Assembly: GCA_016188265.1 (NCBI GenBank)
Contig: JACPID010000021.1
Span: 15,051 to 79,050 of the forward strand
DNA from: Candidatus Woesearchaeota archaeon
GTDB taxonomy: Archaea; Nanobdellota; Nanobdellia; Woesearchaeales; ARS49
Length of the DNA stretch: 64,000 nucleotides
Direction: 5' to 3'
Positions 1 through 9,652 of the stretch are shown here, in pieces; the stretch's first letter is position 1, and each line of letters starts with the position of its first letter. The notes beneath the pieces were generated by a model. The model did not search any database and was not told the DNA's origin. It saw only the letters and a list, made by a program, of their open reading frames with translations. Both the position numbers and the translations under genes were made by a program.

Positions 1-363
1 ATTATCAAGACTTGAAGTATACTCATTTGATTGAAAATCAATAACTTTTGTATTTTCAATAGCAAGTTTTTTAATACGCAAATTTTCTTCAACTTTCATT
101 GCAGAACGAATAAAATCCATACTTTCAGGATGACTGCGCAATTCTTCGCTAAGATAAGCTAAACGAAAATAAAAAGGATCATCTTCCATACTGTAATAAT
201 CTCTATTAAACTCAATTGCTTTTAATGTGTGAATAATCTTATTTAACTCTTTTAAACTATTAACAGGATCTTTACTCTCTAAATTAATTTTTAAGTTAGG
301 AAAACTAACCTTTGCTTCAAGATTTCCCCTTCTAATTTTTGCTGAATGATGCAAATGCTTCAT
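1..363 (-). CDS. Hypothetical protein, runs off window start (MKHLHHSAKIRRGNLEAKVSF...)
   Basis: Manually translated open frame from ATG at 363 to position 1; TATA-like TTTAAA upstream; not in ORF track because truncated. Confidence 0.6.
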   Translation of the reverse strand, partial: MKHLHHSAKIRRGNLEAKVSFPNLKINLESKDPVNSLKELNKIIHTLKAIEFNRDYYSMEDDPFYFRLAYLSEELRSHPESMDFIRSAMKVEENLRIKKLAIENTKVIDFQSNEYTSSLDN

Positions 364-468
364 TGCTATTTTATTAAGCTAACATTGTTTAAATATATTA
401 CTGTTATACAAAAGATAAATCTTTTTGTCAAGGAATAATTTTTAAGTACTAAATATTAATTATAGTTT

Positions 469-885
469 GTGAAGCAAGAACACTCCGCAGGAATGATTGT
501 TTATAGGCTTGTAAACAAAAAAAGACATTATCTTTTACTGCAGTACTCTTACAAAAAAAAATTTTGGGATTTTGTAAAAGGCAATATAGAAAAAGGTGAA
601 ACTGAACAAAAAACTTCAATAAGAGAGCTAAAAGAAGAAACAGGCATTACTGAATTTAAAATCATTCCAGGGTTCAAAGAAAAAATAAACTGGTTTTATA
701 GAACTAATGAACTAATTTATAAAGACGTTATTTTTTTTCTTGCAAAAACAAATCAAAAAGAAATAAAACTTACAGAACATATTGATTATGCTTGGTTGCC
801 ATACACTAAAGCAATAAAAAAAGTCACTTATAAAAATGCAAAAGATATTTTAAAAAAAGCAGAAGATTTTTTAAGAATAAAATAA
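469..885 (+). CDS. NUDIX hydrolase, bis(5'-nucleosyl)-tetraphosphatase (Ap4A hydrolase)-like
   Basis: Nudix box GNIEKGETEQKTSIRELKEETG; N-terminal SAGMIVYR; EHIDYAW. Confidence 0.85.
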   Translation: MKQEHSAGMIVYRLVNKKRHYLLLQYSYKKKFWDFVKGNIEKGETEQKTSIRELKEETGITEFKIIPGFKEKINWFYRTNELIYKDVIFFLAKTNQKEIKLTEHIDYAWLPYTKAIKKVTYKNAKDILKKAEDFLRIK

Positions 886-912
886 AACCAATATACTATT
901 AAAAGAGGTAAA

Positions 913-2625
913 ATGAGAAACTTTGAAATTGCAGGCATATTTAATGAAATGGCTGATATTCTTGAAATGCAGGATGTAGCTTGGAAACCAAATGCTTACA
1001 GAAAAGCAGCTCGTTCAATTGAAACTCAAAAAGAAGACATTGAACTAACTTACAAAAAAGGCAAATTAAAAGCTTTAATGCAAATACCTGGCGTTGGGGA
1101 AGGCTTAGCAAAAAAAATTGAAGAATACATTAAAACCGGAAAAATACATGAATTTGAGAAACTGAAGAAAAGCATACCTTTAGGTGTTGAAGAAATGATG
1201 CATGTTCAAGGACTAGGCCCTAAAAAAGCCTTTAAACTTTACAAAAAACTCAAAATAAAAAATCTCAAAGAACTTGAAAAAGCAGCAAAAGAAGGCAAAA
1301 TAAAAAAATTAGAAGGATTTGGTGAAAAAAGCGAAGAAGATATTCTTTTAGGATTAGAAATTGTAAAACGCGGACAAGAAAGAATGCTCTTAGGAAATGC
1401 TTTGCCAATTGCAAGGGATATAATTAAAAAATTAAGCCTTCTTAAAGAAATTAAACAAATAGAAGTAGCAGGATCTGTTAGAAGAAAAAAAGAAACAGTA
1501 AAAGATATAGATATACTTGTTGTTTCAAGCAATCCAAAACTTGTTATGGACTTCTTTACAACAATGGATGATGTTTCAAGAATACTTGCAAAAGGGCAAA
1601 AAAAATCAAGCGTAGTTCTTAAAGAAGGACTTAATGCAGATGTAAGAGTAATTGATTCTAAAAGCTTTGGAGCAGCGCTTCAATACTTTACAGGAAACAA
1701 AGATCACAATATAAAATTAAGGCAAATTGCCATCAGTAAAGGCTACAAACTTAATGAATATGGCTTATTTAAACAAAATAAATATGTCTGCGGGAAAACT
1801 GAAGAAGAAATATACAAAAAATTAGGTGTTGTTCATGTTCCTCCTGAAATACGGCAAAATTCAGGAGAATTTGATATTAAAAAAACTCCTGAATTAATTC
1901 CTTATAATGCGCTAAAAGGAGATCTTCACTTGCACACAACTTGGAGCGATGGTTCAAACAGCACTGAAGAAATGATAAAAGAAGCAATAAAAATAAAGTA
2001 CGAATATATTGCTATTACAGATCACTCAAAAAGCCAACACATAGCAAATGGTCTTGATGAAACACAATTATTAAAACATTTGGAAGAAATTAAAAAACTC
2101 CAAAAAAAATACCAAAATATAAAAATTTTAGCAGGATCTGAAGTTGATATTTTAAAAGATGGTTCTCTTGATTATGAAAATAAGTATTTAAAACAACTTG
2201 ATTTTGTTATTGCATCAATACACTCAAGATTTAAAGCAAAAAAAGAAGAAATGACTGAAAGAATGATTAATGCAATGAAAAACAAATATGTACACGCAAT
2301 AGGCCATCCAAGCGGCAGATTAATCAATCAACGAGATCCTTACGAAGTAGATTTTGAAAAAATATTACAAGCAGCAAAAGATAATGGCATAGCAATGGAA
2401 ATAAATAGTTATCCAAGTAGATTAGATCTAAAAGATGCACACATTAAACAAGCAGTTGAACTAGGAGTTAAATTAGTAATCAATACTGACAGCCACTCTA
2501 TTAATCATTTAAGATTCATTGAATACGGAATAGCACAAGCACGCAGAGGCTGGGCTGCAAAAGAAAACATAATCAACACACAAGAATGGAAAAATTTCGA
2601 AAAGTTTTTAACATCAAGAAGATAA
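913..2625 (+). CDS. polX: DNA polymerase X / PHP 3'-5' exonuclease fusion
   Basis: AYRKAA, HhH IPGVG/GLGPKK, GSVRR, DIDIL, LQYFTG; PHP motifs DLHLHT, ITDHS, GSEVDI, INTDSH. Confidence 0.95.
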   Translation: MRNFEIAGIFNEMADILEMQDVAWKPNAYRKAARSIETQKEDIELTYKKGKLKALMQIPGVGEGLAKKIEEYIKTGKIHEFEKLKKSIPLGVEEMMHVQGLGPKKAFKLYKKLKIKNLKELEKAAKEGKIKKLEGFGEKSEEDILLGLEIVKRGQERMLLGNALPIARDIIKKLSLLKEIKQIEVAGSVRRKKETVKDIDILVVSSNPKLVMDFFTTMDDVSRILAKGQKKSSVVLKEGLNADVRVIDSKSFGAALQYFTGNKDHNIKLRQIAISKGYKLNEYGLFKQNKYVCGKTEEEIYKKLGVVHVPPEIRQNSGEFDIKKTPELIPYNALKGDLHLHTTWSDGSNSTEEMIKEAIKIKYEYIAITDHSKSQHIANGLDETQLLKHLEEIKKLQKKYQNIKILAGSEVDILKDGSLDYENKYLKQLDFVIASIHSRFKAKKEEMTERMINAMKNKYVHAIGHPSGRLINQRDPYEVDFEKILQAAKDNGIAMEINSYPSRLDLKDAHIKQAVELGVKLVINTDSHSINHLRFIEYGIAQARRGWAAKENIINTQEWKNFEKFLTSRR

Positions 2626-2635
2626 AATTATTATT

Positions 2636-2902
2636 ATGATCATAAAAGAAGAATTAGCAAAAAAAGTACCAAAACACCACCAACAAACTACAGAATATAA
2701 CATTTTTCTTAAAGAACTTAACTCAAAAAACCTAAAAGACATAAAAGCAGTAAAAATGTATGTAAATGTTGAAATTAAAAAATGCAAGGATGAATTTAAA
2801 AATTTCACTCTTTCACCAACACAAAACAGGTATAGAAAAAGATGCAGAGAACGGCTGGAATTTCTTGAATTAATAAAAGAAAAAGTACTAACATATGTAT
2901 AA
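2636..2902 (+). CDS. Hypothetical protein
   Basis: ORF tightly packed between polX and the DUF192 gene. Confidence 0.55.
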   Translation: MIIKEELAKKVPKHHQQTTEYNIFLKELNSKNLKDIKAVKMYVNVEIKKCKDEFKNFTLSPTQNRYRKRCRERLEFLELIKEKVLTYV

Positions 2903-3155
2903 AGTAAAACATTGTACAACTTTCTTTCAAAAATTATGCGGGGTAATGCTTAAAAAAAAATTCACCCCCCACATATTTCATTTTGAAAAACAACAACACA
3001 TAAGCATTCATACATGGTTTGTACTCTGCCCAATTGATGTTTACTTTTATGACAAAAATAAAAAACTAATTGAAATTAAAAAAAATTTAAAACCATTTTC
3101 TTTCTACAAATCAAAAAACAAAGCAAAATTGATGATAGAAGTAATGTCCAGATAG
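2895..3155 (+). CDS. DUF192 family protein
   Basis: FFQKLCGVM, SIHTWFVLCPIDVYF, LKPF motifs. Confidence 0.8.
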   Translation: MYKVKHCTTFFQKLCGVMLKKKFTPHIFHFEKQQHISIHTWFVLCPIDVYFYDKNKKLIEIKKNLKPFSFYKSKNKAKLMIEVMSR

Positions 3156-3176
3156 TTTTGTTCCTCAAATTCTAAG

Positions 3177-3494
3177 TTAGCACAATTCTCTCATCATTCT
3201 TTGCATGAGCAATTCAGTATTATCTGCATCAGTACCTATTAAGTGTTTTTGAGAAAGAATGTTAAACAGTTCAAAATATCTTAATTCTGCCAAATCTGCG
3301 CATTCTCTTATGGTACATTTTCCTTCATTATATAAAGAGATTGCTTTTTCTACTTTTAATGATTTTGCAGCATAACTTACTAATTTTTTAATAGCATCAG
3401 ACCTAGTTATTTTTTCATCTTTTGCTATTTTTTTTACAAAATTCAAATCAGATTCATTAAATCTTACATAAACTGCTTCACTCATTTTAATCAC
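3177..3494 (-). CDS. UPF0175-type antitoxin with N-terminal RHH
   Basis: VYVRFNE...RSDAIKKL RHH; AISLYNEGKCTIRECADLA; paired with PIN gene. Confidence 0.75.
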   Translation of the reverse strand: MIKMSEAVYVRFNESDLNFVKKIAKDEKITRSDAIKKLVSYAAKSLKVEKAISLYNEGKCTIRECADLAELRYFELFNILSQKHLIGTDADNTELLMQRMMRELC

Positions 3495-3981
3495 CTTTCA
3501 TTATTTTTTCTTTTATTTTAAGACAAATCTCTTTATTATACCCGTTTTTCATTAATAAATCTAACAATAAAAATGATTGATCTGCATTAAACTCATTTTT
3601 CTTCCAAAGTAAATATAGCAACAATGCACTGTTGGTGATGTGTGTTTGAGTTATTAAGCAAATTCTCTCTATTTGTCTGTCTTCACTTGCTAAAAAACAA
3701 TTTTGTTCATGTGCAAGGGAAATAACACTTGCATCATTTTCACTTATTTTAAATTCTTTTGCTATTTTTTTTGTTTGTTTTGCTTTAATTATTTTTATCT
3801 TTTTATTTTCAAAATACTGCATTATTATTTTTGCATCCTTATATCTTAATTCATCGCCATCAAGTACCTCTTGATAAATTTCCTTTGAAGTTATTAATTT
3901 CAGATGTTTCAAAAGATGCGGCAATAGTCCAATTTTAGCAAAGAAAATACTTGAGCTGGTATTTAACACTAAGTTTTTCAT
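3487..3981 (-). CDS. PIN-domain toxin (DUF3368/VapC-like)
   Basis: LVLNTSS, EIYQEV, ENDASVISLA, LASED PIN pattern. Confidence 0.75.
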   Translation of the reverse strand: MKNLVLNTSSSIFFAKIGLLPHLLKHLKLITSKEIYQEVLDGDELRYKDAKIIMQYFENKKIKIIKAKQTKKIAKEFKISENDASVISLAHEQNCFLASEDRQIERICLITQTHITNSALLLYLLWKKNEFNADQSFLLLDLLMKNGYNKEICLKIKEKIMKGD

Positions 3982-3988
3982 AACAATT

Positions 3989-4002
3989 CATTACAATTGT
4001 AA
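3989..4002. promoter_or_regulatory. Palindrome ATTACAATTGTAAT, probable TA autoregulatory operator
   Basis: Perfect inverted repeat between TATA-like TTTAAATA and the toxin start. Confidence 0.45.
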
Positions 4003-4032
4003 TGTAATGTAATATTTAAAACTTTTGTTTTT

Positions 4033-4120
4033 AACTAAAGTTTTGCGTTTTTTTATTGATCTAGGCAAAACTTTAGAACCTATACTTTTGTCTATTTACT
4101 TATAAAATGCAAAAGTCTAG
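4033..4120. repeat. Hairpin repeat family 1, copy a (MITE/REP-like, two tandem hairpins, ends in CTAG)
   Basis: Near-identical to 44956-45096 except for an insertion there; IRs CTAAAGTTTTGC/GCAAAACTTTAG and ACTTTTG/CAAAAGT. Confidence 0.85.
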
Positions 4121-4164
4121 TTTAAGAAAACTTTAAAAGCTACTTATTCTGCTCTTATAGTGTT

Positions 4165-4289
4165 GGGAGTGTAGTATAACCTGGCTAGTATGAGGGCCTC
4201 CAGCAATGGAGCGATGAGTCCATAAGACTATGAGAAAAATGTCTCTTTGAAGAGAGCCCAAGATCGGGGTTCAAATCCCTGCACTCCCA
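4165..4289 (+). tRNA. trnW: tRNA-Trp(CCA) with 51-nt intron at 37/38 (4204-4254)
   Basis: Acceptor GGGAGTG/CACTCCC, anticodon CCA at 4200-4202, T-loop TTCAAAT. Confidence 0.92.
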
Positions 4290-4323
4290 TTTTTTCTTTA
4301 TGTCAAGAACCACTACTAAACCA

Positions 4324-4656
4324 CTAGTGAGACACTAGCGGAATCTTAGTGTTTGAAAGATGTTTATTTGTTTCTTCTTTAAGTATTTCCCAGTGAAGTT
4401 TAATAATTTTTTTCATAGTTGGATCGTTTGTGTTTAACTTAAATAGTTTTGCTCTGCCTATTTCTCTTGTATGAACAATTGAATTATTTTCTAGGAGTAT
4501 TTTCCATGCTCGTGTAAATGAAGTCCAACCAACGCCAACTCCTTCTGCTATTTCAGTCATTGAGTAATCAAAGTCCTTACCAAGTATTAAGAAGTTCATA
4601 ATTCTAACTAATGGAGTGTCACCAAAATATTCTACAAATATGCTTTCTTCAGCCAT
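4324..4656 (-). CDS. Small winged-helix DNA-binding protein
   Basis: DYSMTEIAEGVGVGW HTH; TREIGRAKLFKLN wing. Confidence 0.75.
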   Translation of the reverse strand: MAEESIFVEYFGDTPLVRIMNFLILGKDFDYSMTEIAEGVGVGWTSFTRAWKILLENNSIVHTREIGRAKLFKLNTNDPTMKKIIKLHWEILKEETNKHLSNTKIPLVSH

Positions 4657-4726
4657 GCTTATTGTTTAGGTATATTATATATTTAAATATTGACAAGAAA
4701 AAAGAAATTGAGGATTATTTAGAAAG

Positions 4727-5896
4727 TTAAACTAAGAACTTGATTATTATTCCACTTATTATTGTTGAGAAGAAAAACACACTTACTCCATACCAGATTC
4801 TTTTTGCATGCTTGTGGGGGAATATTTTTTGCAGTGTTGTGTGAAACATTCTTCCACCGTCTAAAGGCCCAATAGGAAGTAAATTAAATAATCCTACGCC
4901 TAGATTTAAAATGCCTAGCCAGTAGAATAAGTCACTTATCCAAAATATAATTGAGAGAATAAATGAGTAATTACTAAACTGTTGTTTAATGTTTTTTGCA
5001 TTTTCAACATATACTCCTAATAATGGTTTTCCACCACTCTCTCCTAATATTAGTTGATGGTTTATGGTTTGTAGTTGAGAGTTGATTGTCTTAATTGTCA
5101 TTTCCTTTCCAGGATTATATTTGTTTAATTCTTTAATAAATTCTTCAACATTATTTATTTGTACTTGTTCAATTGATGTTATTACTTGTCCAGTAACCAA
5201 CCCTCCTTTTATTGCAGGGGTATCTCCTGAAAAAAAATCAATAATTTTTACACCCTGATAATCATATAATATTTCTTCCAATGGCTTAAATGCAAATAAA
5301 AATAGTCCTAAAAATATCAAGCCAAAAACTACATTAACAATAGGCCCTGCAGCAAATACTGATAATTGTTGTTTTTTTGGTTTTCTTGCTAATTTTTTTT
5401 CATCAGGCTCAATAAATGCCCCTGGAATTAAAGGAATTAGCAATCCTATAATAGCAATTCCGCTTGATTTCAGCGGAATTTTCCAAACTCTCGCAAAAAT
5501 TCCATGACCGCATTCATGAACAATTGCAATAAATATAAGACATATAATCCAATAAAGTAATGGAACATAAAATATTCCTCGTGCTTTGAATGGAAGCACT
5601 AAACTTACTGCTTCACTTGAAATTGGATTTATTAAAAATTTAATTGTTGACCGAATTAATTCTTCAGAAACAATAATCATTCCTAAAAAACCAAGAATAA
5701 TTATCAAAGATGATAATTTTATTAACAATTTACTTCTTTTTTTTGCAATAGAATTTATTTTATTCAAACCAAAATTTGTGTGATACATTGCTGCAAAATA
5801 AAAAGGAGGCTTGCCATGCCATATTATTTTGTCGCGGCACAGCCACACAAGTAAACATATTAGTACTAAGATTCCTCCAGCAATTACTCCCTCCAT
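4727..5896 (-). CDS. Site-2 protease (M50) with PDZ domain
   Basis: HECGH, GAFIEP, AAGP, NLLPIGPLDGG; PDZ insert. Confidence 0.92.
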   Translation of the reverse strand: MEGVIAGGILVLICLLVWLCRDKIIWHGKPPFYFAAMYHTNFGLNKINSIAKKRSKLLIKLSSLIIILGFLGMIIVSEELIRSTIKFLINPISSEAVSLVLPFKARGIFYVPLLYWIICLIFIAIVHECGHGIFARVWKIPLKSSGIAIIGLLIPLIPGAFIEPDEKKLARKPKKQQLSVFAAGPIVNVVFGLIFLGLFLFAFKPLEEILYDYQGVKIIDFFSGDTPAIKGGLVTGQVITSIEQVQINNVEEFIKELNKYNPGKEMTIKTINSQLQTINHQLILGESGGKPLLGVYVENAKNIKQQFSNYSFILSIIFWISDLFYWLGILNLGVGLFNLLPIGPLDGGRMFHTTLQKIFPHKHAKRIWYGVSVFFFSTIISGIIIKFLV

Positions 5897-5935
5897 GAAA
5901 ATAAACCTTTTTTTATCCAGAACTTTTTCAAACTG

Positions 5936-6253
5936 CTAAGTTTGTTTTTGAGATTCTTCTGCAACATCTAATATAACATTAACATCTTCGACTTTTTCCT
6001 CAACATTAGAAACTTCTTCTTGAACACTTTGAAGTTCTTTTTTTTCTTGATTATGATCTTTAATATCCTTACTTATTTCTTCACTTACTTCACCAACTTC
6101 TTTAAGCATATCTTTAACACTTTCATTTTCACCTTTTGCTCCGAGAATTATTTCTTTAGCACGGCTCTGCGCTTCTTCTATTGTGGTAACTAAATGAAGT
6201 GATTTTAACGAGTGTGCAAGTTTGTTTATTTTTTCTGCAGTTTCAGCATCCAT
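5936..6253 (-). CDS. Hypothetical acidic coiled-coil protein
   Basis: ORF with TATA-like upstream element; E/K-rich. Confidence 0.6.
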   Translation of the reverse strand: MDAETAEKINKLAHSLKSLHLVTTIEEAQSRAKEIILGAKGENESVKDMLKEVGEVSEEISKDIKDHNQEKKELQSVQEEVSNVEEKVEDVNVILDVAEESQKQT

Positions 6254-6282
6254 AAAAAAATAATTATTTAATCAATAGTTTA

Positions 6283-6906
6283 TTAAGATTGTGGATTGAT
6301 TTGAGTATGTTCTGCTTTTCCATCACTTATGAGAATATCAGCCAGAGGATTTGGGAGTTCTGCTTCTTCATTTTCTTTAAAAGGCCCATATTCTTCTAAC
6401 TCTGTGCCGAAAAAAGCATCTACTGGCTCTACAAATCTAACTTTTATACGATCAGATTCTTTTTTAGTTTGTTCAGGCATTACTGGTTCTTGTTTTGGCA
6501 ATTCAAGCAAGTGTGCTGTATATTTTTCACGATGTTCTCCCAATAAGTGTGTTAATTGTTGATATAATTTCTTTTCTTGTTCAACAAGATTGCAAGTATC
6601 AATTATTGCAGAATTAGTTCTAGACTTATTAATTGCAAGTGTAGCTATTTTTTGTTCTCTTCGATCATACCATTCTTTAAGGACTCTGCGAATATTAACA
6701 AGCTGTACTGCTATGTCTTCTTTTTCTTTTTGAGAGAACAAATCAGTTTTTCTAGAGCAGGAATTGTATAATTCTTGTTTTTCTTTTAAGTAATTTTTAA
6801 TCTGGTCAAATATTTCAGGATCGATTTTTTGAAGGTCAGAAGTTAATTTTTCTCGGCGCGAAAGCTCATAAAGAGTCTCAAATGTTACAATAACTTTTTG
6901 TTCCAT
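6283..6906 (-). CDS. DNA replication complex GINS subunit (Gins15/51-type)
   Basis: YELSRREK...LQKIDPEIF, RREQKIATLA, C-terminal B domain EYGPF...LISDGKA. Confidence 0.85.
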   Translation of the reverse strand: MEQKVIVTFETLYELSRREKLTSDLQKIDPEIFDQIKNYLKEKQELYNSCSRKTDLFSQKEKEDIAVQLVNIRRVLKEWYDRREQKIATLAINKSRTNSAIIDTCNLVEQEKKLYQQLTHLLGEHREKYTAHLLELPKQEPVMPEQTKKESDRIKVRFVEPVDAFFGTELEEYGPFKENEEAELPNPLADILISDGKAEHTQINPQS

Positions 6907-6998
6907 ATCCCCCTGTAAAGTATTTAGTGTTTTACTCTTTTTTAATGTTTCGGGTATTTTAGCAAAAGTTTTATAACTTTGAAAATCTTAAAAGAATT

Positions 6999-7706
6999 AT
7001 GCAAAGTTTAATTCCAATTATTTTGTTTATCTTATTGACTTTTACTGCTAATGCTGTTTCACCTGCTTGTGATCCTGGTGAGTGCTTGCAGGAAAGTGTT
7101 TTTAATGATGTTGTTCAGCAGCGTTTGGAAATTCTTTCTTATGTGTTTGTAGCAGTGGTTGTTATTGTTTCTAGTGCTAGTGTTTGGAATGCCATTAAAA
7201 CTGAAAAATGGAAAAAACCCCTTACCACAATACTTATTGCAGTTGTTTTATCATTTTTAGTATATTCTGTTTTATACTATAAATGGACTGGTGCAGAAAC
7301 TGAAGGCATCTTTTTTTGCAATGAAAAAGGTTGTTTTTGGGCTGCACATATCCATGCAAGCATAAATATCAAAATTTGCGGAGAAGATTATGATTTTCTT
7401 TTAGAAACAGGGGACTTAGCAGGCCCTCATACTCATAAAGAAAGAGGAAAAATTCATTTCCATGATAAAATACCTGTTGATGAAAAAAGAAATCTTCTAG
7501 ATACAACTCCTTTGACAATTAAAACATTCACAAAAACTACGGGCTTGCAATTCAACTCAACATGTTTAGGAAATTATTGTAATGGAGATTTATGTCCTGA
7601 TGAAAGTATTGGCAAAGTAAGTATGAATGTCAATGGAAATGAAGAATTAAAATATGAAAATTATGTTTGGAAAGAAGGAGATATTATTGAAATAAAATTT
7701 AGATAA
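6999..7706 (+). CDS. Membrane protein with His-rich putative metal-binding extracellular domain
   Basis: Signal peptide, 2 TM segments, HIH/HTH/IHFH and Cys pairs. Confidence 0.65.
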   Translation: MQSLIPIILFILLTFTANAVSPACDPGECLQESVFNDVVQQRLEILSYVFVAVVVIVSSASVWNAIKTEKWKKPLTTILIAVVLSFLVYSVLYYKWTGAETEGIFFCNEKGCFWAAHIHASINIKICGEDYDFLLETGDLAGPHTHKERGKIHFHDKIPVDEKRNLLDTTPLTIKTFTKTTGLQFNSTCLGNYCNGDLCPDESIGKVSMNVNGNEELKYENYVWKEGDIIEIKFR

Positions 7707-7777
7707 TGAAAAAAAGAGCAATGAATATGGTTAAAAAAAAGAAAAAGAAAAAAGAGATATTTTGCGAGTTTTGTTAA
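7706..7777 (+). CDS. Unannotated 23-aa basic micropeptide ending in CxxC (MKKRAMNMVKKKKKKKEIFCEFC)
   Basis: TAATG stop/start overlap with upstream gene; fills the gap before the CcdA-like gene. Confidence 0.45.
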   Translation: MKKRAMNMVKKKKKKKEIFCEFC

Positions 7778-7788
7778 AAAAAAAACAT

Positions 7789-8472
7789 ATGGCAATTAAT
7801 CTTCCTTTAGTTGTAGGTGCAGCACTAGTTGATGGAATAAATCCCTGTGCTTTTGGTGTGCTTATTTTTCTTCTTGCATTTTTATCAAAAACCATAAAAA
7901 ATAAACTTTTAATGCTCACAAATGGCTTAGTTTACATTTTTGGTGTTTTCATAACTTATCTTGCAGCGGGCTTAATTCTTTTGCCAATTCTTAAATCATT
8001 AGGAACTGCGTCTGTTGCTGCATATTATATTTTAGCTTTGTTAATATTTGCAGCAGGACTTCTAGAAATAAAAGATTATTTTTGGTACGGCCGCTGGTTT
8101 TCACTTAGTATTTTTCCGTCAGACGTAAAACGAATTAAAACGCATAAATCAAGTATTGCAGGTTCAAAATATACTGCTTTCACACTCGGATGCATTGTTG
8201 CATTAATCGAGCTTCCTTGCACAGGTGCAATTTATATTGCATTGCTTGCAATAATGTCTCAAACAAATCTTGATGTTGGAAATCTGAGTTTTCTTGTTAT
8301 TTACAACATAATTTTTGTACTTCCACTTCTTGTAATTTTATGGCTATTTTACAAAGGCATTAGTGTTAAAAAATTTGAGAATTGGAGAAATAAAAATAAA
8401 GCTTTTATGAGATTAATAACAGGGCTTGTTTTAATAGGATTAGCTATTTGGATGTTGTTATTCACTGTTTAA
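7789..8472 (+). CDS. CcdA/DsbD-like transmembrane electron transfer (cytochrome c biogenesis-type) protein
   Basis: DGINPCAF and ELPCTG motifs; multiple TMs; ATG 7789 preferred over TTG 7762. Confidence 0.85.
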   Translation: MAINLPLVVGAALVDGINPCAFGVLIFLLAFLSKTIKNKLLMLTNGLVYIFGVFITYLAAGLILLPILKSLGTASVAAYYILALLIFAAGLLEIKDYFWYGRWFSLSIFPSDVKRIKTHKSSIAGSKYTAFTLGCIVALIELPCTGAIYIALLAIMSQTNLDVGNLSFLVIYNIIFVLPLLVILWLFYKGISVKKFENWRNKNKAFMRLITGLVLIGLAIWMLLFTV

Positions 8473-8937
8473 ACACTTAACCAATTTAGGAATCGAGTTA
8501 TGAATATGATTTATTGTTTTAATAATGAAATTGTCAACGTCTTTAGAGCTGGCATCTGAAGGCAAAACATCATTAATATCATTAACAGAACTGGATTTTC
8601 CAAGAGCTATTTTATTAAACAAAGGAACACTAATACCAAAATTTTTCTTGATAAAATCTTGATGATAACCTGCCATTGCAATAATAACATCATTTTTCTC
8701 AATAATTTCTTTTGTCAGCTTTGTTTGAATATGGTTATTAACAAAAATTCCGTGGGCTTTTAATGCTGAAAGCACAGTAGGATGAATATGCTCTTTTTCA
8801 GCTAAAGTTCCTGCAGAATGAACAATAATGTTATTGATATTATTTTTCTTAAGGTGCTCTTTCAAACACCACTCTGCAGATAAACTCCTGAAAACATTAC
8901 CTGTACAGACAAATAAAATTCTTATTTTTGATTTCAT
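8458..8937 (-). CDS. Low-molecular-weight protein tyrosine phosphatase family protein
   Basis: ILFVCTGNVFRS CX5R loop; SAGT. Confidence 0.85.
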   Translation of the reverse strand: MKSKIRILFVCTGNVFRSLSAEWCLKEHLKKNNINNIIVHSAGTLAEKEHIHPTVLSALKAHGIFVNNHIQTKLTKEIIEKNDVIIAMAGYHQDFIKKNFGISVPLFNKIALGKSSSVNDINDVLPSDASSKDVDNFIIKTINHIHNSIPKLVKCLNSE

Positions 8938-8949
8938 AAAATTATAAAT

Positions 8950-9534
8950 TTAGTCAATAGTTCTTGATGCCTCAACAAATAATCTGTGTTTTTCTTTTCC
9001 AGATATTTCATTAAGTATTCTTTTAACTATTGCTTTTTCAGGATCAGGCATTAAGCGCACTCTTTTTTTAATATCTTCAAAGCTTTCAAATAGTTTTTCT
9101 TGACGTGTTTGAATAATTTCCCACATATGTTTTTTTCCAAGTCCTGGAAGTAATTCTAGTTGGTGCATTCTTGTAGTAAGCGGTTGGGCATTATTGAAAA
9201 ATTCAACAAAACGAGCTTCTTGTTTTTTAACAAGGTCTTTTACAACAAAATCTAGCTCTGATTTTGCTGTTGCAGTTAATTTAGCCACTGGAATACGCCC
9301 TATAATATGGTGTATTTTTTCACGCTTGCCTTCGCCAATATAAACTTCTTCATAAGGCTGTAAAAATACATCTTTTTTAGGGACTAATTCAAGAAGTACA
9401 AAGCGCAATTTTCCTATTGCCTGCGCAATCGGTGTTTTACGATGGCTTGGCGTTGTATCAAAAGGATAACCGTGCGGCAAGAAGTCTAGAATAATCACAT
9501 ACTCTTCTTTTGATTGGTATTGTCTTTCTTCCAT
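8950..9534 (-). CDS. DUF655 predicted RNA-binding protein
   Basis: LDFLPHG, AQAIG, TTRMHQLELLPGLGKK; conserved rpl21e-rpoF-DUF655 order. Confidence 0.9.
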   Translation of the reverse strand: MEERQYQSKEEYVIILDFLPHGYPFDTTPSHRKTPIAQAIGKLRFVLLELVPKKDVFLQPYEEVYIGEGKREKIHHIIGRIPVAKLTATAKSELDFVVKDLVKKQEARFVEFFNNAQPLTTRMHQLELLPGLGKKHMWEIIQTRQEKLFESFEDIKKRVRLMPDPEKAIVKRILNEISGKEKHRLFVEASRTID

Positions 9535-9652
9535 ATTCCAAACTTCTTATATTTTTTAACATTAAAATATACATGATAGATAAGCATTAGTTGTTTCTGT
9601 ATATAAATTTATGCGAAAAGAAAATAGTAATAATATTTATTATTTTTAGGCT

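Noticed and set aside
4028-4127. Canonical integron attC site (TTTTAAC...GTTTAAG)
   Set aside because: GTT is not conserved in the second copy (GGT), there is no clear extrahelical base, and no IntI is present; family 2 unit B has GTT...AAC in the opposite order to attC
4211-4246. Hammerhead ribozyme in the tRNA-Trp intron (GATGAGTCCATAAGAC)
   Set aside because: Lacks the CTGA start and the essential GAAA after stem II
4301-4695. TGTCAA...TTGACA inverted ends around the wHTH gene, with GTCAAGAAC resembling family 3
   Set aside because: Match of only 6-9 bp in AT-rich DNA and no full hairpin; cannot be distinguished from chance
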